DNA of 64,000 nt from an uncultured delta proteobacterium (GTDB lineage: Bacteria; Myxococcota; Myxococcia; Myxococcales; Myxococcaceae): positions 768,001 to 832,000 of the forward strand of contig CAWCKH010000004.1 of NCBI GenBank assembly GCA_963796055.1. Reading direction: 5' to 3'. How positions within the stretch are numbered: position 1 is the first letter of the stretch; each line of letters begins with the position of its first letter. Below, one piece after another: positions 61,001-64,000 of the stretch. The position numbers and the translations under genes are program-made. A model generated the notes under the pieces. It ran no database searches. It saw only the letters and a program-made list of their open reading frames with translations, and had not been told where the DNA came from.

Positions 61001-64000
61001 TTCCAGGTGCCGGCCGCGCCGGGCACGTTCGCTTGACCGCCGAGGCGGCCCTCCACGCCGACCTCGCGGGCCACCGTGGTCACCTGCTCGGCGAAGGTGG
61101 CCAGGGTGCTGGTCATGTTGTTGATGGTATCGGCCAGCGCTGCGACCTCGCCCTTCGACTTGACGGTGAGGTTCTGCTTCAGGTCTCCGTTGGCCACCGC
61201 GGTGACGACCTTGGCGATGCCCCGCACCTGCTCGGTGAGGTTGGCGGCCATGACGTTCACCGTGTCGGTGAGGTCCTTCCACGTCCCGGCGACGCCCGGG
61301 ACCTGCGCCTGGCCACCGAGCTTGCCGTCGGTGCCCACCTCGCGCGCCACCCGCGTCACCTCGGCGGCGAAGGCGTTCAGCTGGTCGACCATGGTGTTGA
61401 TGGTCTCCTTCAGCTGGAGGATCTCGCCCTTCACGTCGACGGTGATCTTCTTGCTGAGGTCGCCGCGGGCCACCGCGGTGGTCACCTCGGCGATGTTCCG
61501 CACCTGGGTGGTGAGGTTCCCGGCGAGGAGGTTCACGTTGTCGGTGAGGTCCTTCCAGGTGCCCGCCGCACCGGGCACGTTGGCCTGACCGCCGAGGCGT
61601 CCCTCGGTGCCCACCTCGCGGGCCACCCGCGTCACCTCGCCGGCGAAGGAGCGGAGCTGCTCCACCATGGTGTTCAGGGTCTCCTTGAGCACCAGGAGCT
61701 CGCCGCGGACGTCGACGGTGATCTTCTTGGAGAGGTCGCCGCTGGCGATGGCGGTGGCCACCTCGGCGATGTTCCGCACCTGGGCGGTGAGGTTCTTCGC
61801 CATGAGGTTCACGTTGTCGGTGAGGTCCTTCCAGGTGCCGGCCACCCCCGGGACCTCCGCCTGGCCGCCCAGCTTCCCCTCGGTGCCCACGTCACGGGCC
61901 ACGCGGGTGACCTCGGAGGCGAAGGCGTTGAGCTGGTCCACCATGGTGTTGATGGTGTTCTTCAGCTCGAGGATCTCGCCCTTCACGTCGACGGTGATCT
62001 TCCGGGAGAGGTCGCCCCGGGCCACCGCGGTGGTCACCTCGGCGATGTTCCGCACCTGGGCGGTGAGGTTCCCGGCCATGAAGTTCACGCTGTCGGTGAG
62101 CGCCTTCCAGGTTCCGGCGACGCCCGGAACCTGCGCCTGTCCGCCCAGACGTCCCTCGGTGCCCACCTCGCGGGCCACCCGGGTCACCTCGCCGGCGAAG
62201 GCGTTCAGCTGGTCGACCATGGTGTTGATGGTCTCCTTGAGCTGGAGGATCTCGCCCCGGACGTCGACGGTGATCTTCCGCGAGAGGTCACCACCGGCGA
62301 TGGCGGTGGCCACCTCGGCGATGTTCCGCACCTGGCCGGTGAGGTTTGCGGCCATGGAGTTCACCGAGTCGGTGAGGTCCTTCCAGGTCCCGCCCACGCC
62401 GGGGACCTCGGCCTGGCCCCCGAGCTTTCCGTCGGTGCCCACCTCGCGGGCGACTCGAGTGACCTCGGCGGCGAAGGCGTTCAGCTGGTCCACCATGATG
62501 TTCATGGTGTTCTTCAGCTCGAGGATCTCTCCCTTCACGTCGACGGTGATCTTCTTGCTGAGGTCGCCCCGGGCGACGGCCGTGGCCACCTCGGCGATGT
62601 TCCGCACCTGGCCGGTGAGGTTGCTGGCCATGGAGTTCACCGAGTCGGTGAGGTCCTTCCAGGTGCCAGCCACCCCGCGGACCACCGCCTGACCGCCGAG
62701 CTTCCCCTCGGTGCCCACCTCGCGGGCGACTCGGGTCACCTCGCCGGCGAAGGCGTTCAGCTGGTCCACCATGGTGTTGATGGTCTGCTTCAGCTGGAGG
62801 ATCTCCCCCGAGACGTCGACGGTGATCTTCTTGGAGAGGTCTCCGTTGGCGATGGCCGTCGCCACGTCGGCGATGTTCCGCACCTGGCCGGTCAGGTTGG
62901 CGGCCATGAAGTTCACGCTGTCGGTGAGATCCTTCCAGGTACCGCCCACGCCCGGCACCTGCGCCTGTCCGCCGAGGCGTCCCTCGGTGCCCACCTCCCG
63001 CGCCACCCGGGTCACCTCGCCGGCGAAGGCGTTGAGCTGGTCGACCATGGTGTTGATGGTCTCCTTCAGCTGGAGGATCTCGCCCGAGACGTTCACCGTG
63101 ATCTTCCGCGACAGGTCGCCGCTGGCGATCGCCGTGGACACCTCGGCGATGTTCCGCACCTGGGCGGTGAGGTTCGACGCCATGAAGTTCACGTTGTCGG
63201 TGAGGTCCTTCCAGGTGCCCGCCACCCCCGGCACCTGTGCCTGACCGCCCAGCTTCCCCTCGGTGCCCACCTCGCGCGCCACCCGGGTCACCTCGGAGGC
63301 GAAGGCGTTGAGCTGGTCCACCATGGTGTTGATGGTGTCCTTGAGCTCGAGGATCTCCCCGCGCACGTCCACGGTGATCTTCCGTGACAGGTCGCCGCGG
63401 GCCACCGCGGTGGTCACCTGGGCGATGTTGCGAACTTGATCGGTGAGGTTGCCGCACATCGCGTTCACCGAGTCGGTGAGGTCCTTCCAGGTGCCGCCCA
63501 CGCCGGGCACGATGGCCTGACCGCCGAGCCGTCCCTCGGTACCGACCTCGCGGGCCACGCGGGTCACCTCCGAGGCGAAGGACCGGAGCTGGTCCACCAT
63601 GGTGTTGATGGCCTCCTTGAGCTGGAGGATCTCGCCGCGCACGTCCACGGTGATCTTCTTGGAGAGGTCGCCCGAGGCCACGGCGATGGTCACCTCGGAG
63701 ATGTTGCGGACCTGGGCGGTGAGGTTCGAGGCCATGTAGTTCACGGACTCGGTGAGGTCCTTCCACACGCCGCTCACGTCCGGCACGTCGGCCTGGCCAC
63801 CCAGCTTTCCGTCGGTGCCCACCTCGCGGGCCACCCGGGTCACCTCGGAGGTGAACACGCCGAGCTGCTTGATCATCGAGTTGACGATGGTGGCCGAGCG
63901 GAGGAACTCGCCCTGCAGGGGCCGGCCGTCCACGTCCAGCCGCATGGTCTGGGAGAGGTTGCCCTGGGCCACCGCGGCCAGGGCACGGGTCACCTCGGTG
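58066..64000 (-). CDS. Giant poly-HAMP hybrid histidine kinase (HAMP array - GAF - HisKA - HATPase - 3 REC); 5' end lies outside the window
   Basis: 11 visible units of about 92 aa ([26 protein letters not shown]). H-box [29 protein letters not shown], and three receiver domains. Confidence 0.95.
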   Translation of the reverse strand, partial: TEVTRALAAVAQGNLSQTMRLDVDGRPLQGEFLRSATIVNSMIKQLGVFTSEVTRVAREVGTDGKLGGQADVPDVSGVWKDLTESVNYMASNLTAQVRNISEVTIAVASGDLSKKITVDVRGEILQLKEAINTMVDQLRSFASEVTRVAREVGTEGRLGGQAIVPGVGGTWKDLTDSVNAMCGNLTDQVRNIAQVTTAVARGDLSRKITVDVRGEILELKDTINTMVDQLNAFASEVTRVAREVGTEGKLGGQAQVPGVAGTWKDLTDNVNFMASNLTAQVRNIAEVSTAIASGDLSRKITVNVSGEILQLKETINTMVDQLNAFAGEVTRVAREVGTEGRLGGQAQVPGVGGTWKDLTDSVNFMAANLTGQVRNIADVATAIANGDLSKKITVDVSGEILQLKQTINTMVDQLNAFAGEVTRVAREVGTEGKLGGQAVVRGVAGTWKDLTDSVNSMASNLTGQVRNIAEVATAVARGDLSKKITVDVKGEILELKNTMNIMVDQLNAFAAEVTRVAREVGTDGKLGGQAEVPGVGGTWKDLTDSVNSMAANLTGQVRNIAEVATAIAGGDLSRKITVDVRGEILQLKETINTMVDQLNAFAGEVTRVAREVGTEGRLGGQAQVPGVAGTWKALTDSVNFMAGNLTAQVRNIAEVTTAVARGDLSRKITVDVKGEILELKNTINTMVDQLNAFASEVTRVARDVGTEGKLGGQAEVPGVAGTWKDLTDNVNLMAKNLTAQVRNIAEVATAIASGDLSKKITVDVRGELLVLKETLNTMVEQLRSFAGEVTRVAREVGTEGRLGGQANVPGAAGTWKDLTDNVNLLAGNLTTQVRNIAEVTTAVARGDLSKKITVDVKGEILQLKETINTMVDQLNAFAAEVTRVAREVGTDGKLGGQAQVPGVAGTWKDLTDTVNVMAANLTEQVRGIAKVVTAVANGDLKQNLTVKSKGEVAALADTINNMTSTLATFAEQVTTVAREVGVEGRLGGQANVPGAAGTWKHLTGNVNLLAANLTTQVRAIAEVATAVTKGDLTRSVQVDARGEVAELKDNINTMIVNLRLTTERNTEQDWLKSNLARFTGMLQGQRDLTRVGQLLLSELAPLITAQQGVIYRTTDVEVGETPSLRLLASYADDGQAGHPGSFHFGEGLVGQCAVEKRRMLITDLPPDTTRVGSGLFIALPRNVIVLPVLFEGEVKAVIELASLSPYTASHLAFLDQLTTSIGIVLNSIEATMKTESLLEQSQKLAAELQAQQKELQQTNEQLAQKAQQLADQNAEVERKNQQIEQARRALEDKAEELALTSKYKSEFLANMSHELRTPLNSILILGQQLAENPEQNLTAKQVDFARTIHSAGTDLLNLISDILDLSKIESGTVTVEPADVYFSNLLDTVARPFRHDAETRGLSFEVSLDPELGRSLFTDQKRLQQVLKNLLSNAFKFTEHGGVHLKVSAAKGRWSSEHPVLDQSPLVVAFEVSDTGIGIAPEKQKIIFEAFQQADAGTARKYGGTGLGLAISRELSNLLGGEIQLRSTPGMGSTFTLYLPVRYVGPSSSLREPARSALVERATSPVRVVESSTPEPVPDDRADLQPGDLTLLVVEDDPHYARVLADLARDQGFKVLIASRGTEALELAREFKPHAVSLDVFLPDMLGWTVLSHMKQDVALRHIPVQMVTLDENRQHGLSRGAFSFVTKPATTEGLASAIEKLREYTTPRRRRLLIVEDNDLERTSIQELLEHDDIDILTAGTGARAMEILDQERVDCMVLDLRLPDISGFEVLARIRDRGTLPDLPVVVFTGRELTQDEDRQLQELARTVVLKGVESPERLLDETAIFLHRVVSDLPPHKQKMLEKLHRSDEDLRGRKVLVVDDDVRNIFALGSVLERHGMDVLTAQTGREAISMLESTPDVAVVLMDIMMPEMDGFQTIGVIRREQAFRRLPIVALTAKAMKGDREKCLDAGASDYLAKPVNTDQLLATLRNWLHR

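Noticed and set aside
58066..64000. Long regular repeats that might suggest a CRISPR array
   Set aside because: The units are 276-bp in-frame HAMP-coding repeats with synonymous variation and no unique spacers.

Overview
This is a high-GC (roughly 70% by eye) chromosomal window from a myxobacterium (Myxococcota). The assignment rests on an mts-type locus, Agl-Glt/Nfs-like envelope genes, a MYXO-CTERM tail, an FHA-sigma54 activator and a poly-HAMP kinase. From left to right: (1) two exported DGG-repeat lipoproteins; (2) a two-component pair, then an ECF sigma factor, a membrane-anchored anti-sigma(zf-HC2)-TPR-CHAT caspase-like protease, a Pro-rich lipoprotein and a neprosin-like peptidase, which together are the most novel-looking module; (3) an FHA-sigma54 activator coupled to an mtsA-F-like cohesion locus with two near-identical thrombospondin-repeat mtsC copies, each behind its own sigma54-type promoter; (4) an inverted GMC oxidoreductase pair, then a motor-less Glt/Nfs-paralogous cluster (GltF-, GltG-, OM barrel-, GltC-, GltD-like and TPR proteins) with paralogous lipoproteins; (5) housekeeping and signalling genes (Ser/Thr kinase, aat, RnfD-like/DUF2330 in-frame fusion, RluA, hybrid kinases), several with apparent deletion scars, plus a non-coding inverted-repeat element; (6) a giant poly-HAMP hybrid kinase running off the right edge. 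Several single-base frameshifts may be assembly errors. No rRNA, tRNA, CRISPR array or transposase was recognised. All family assignments come from motif recognition by eye, not from database searches.
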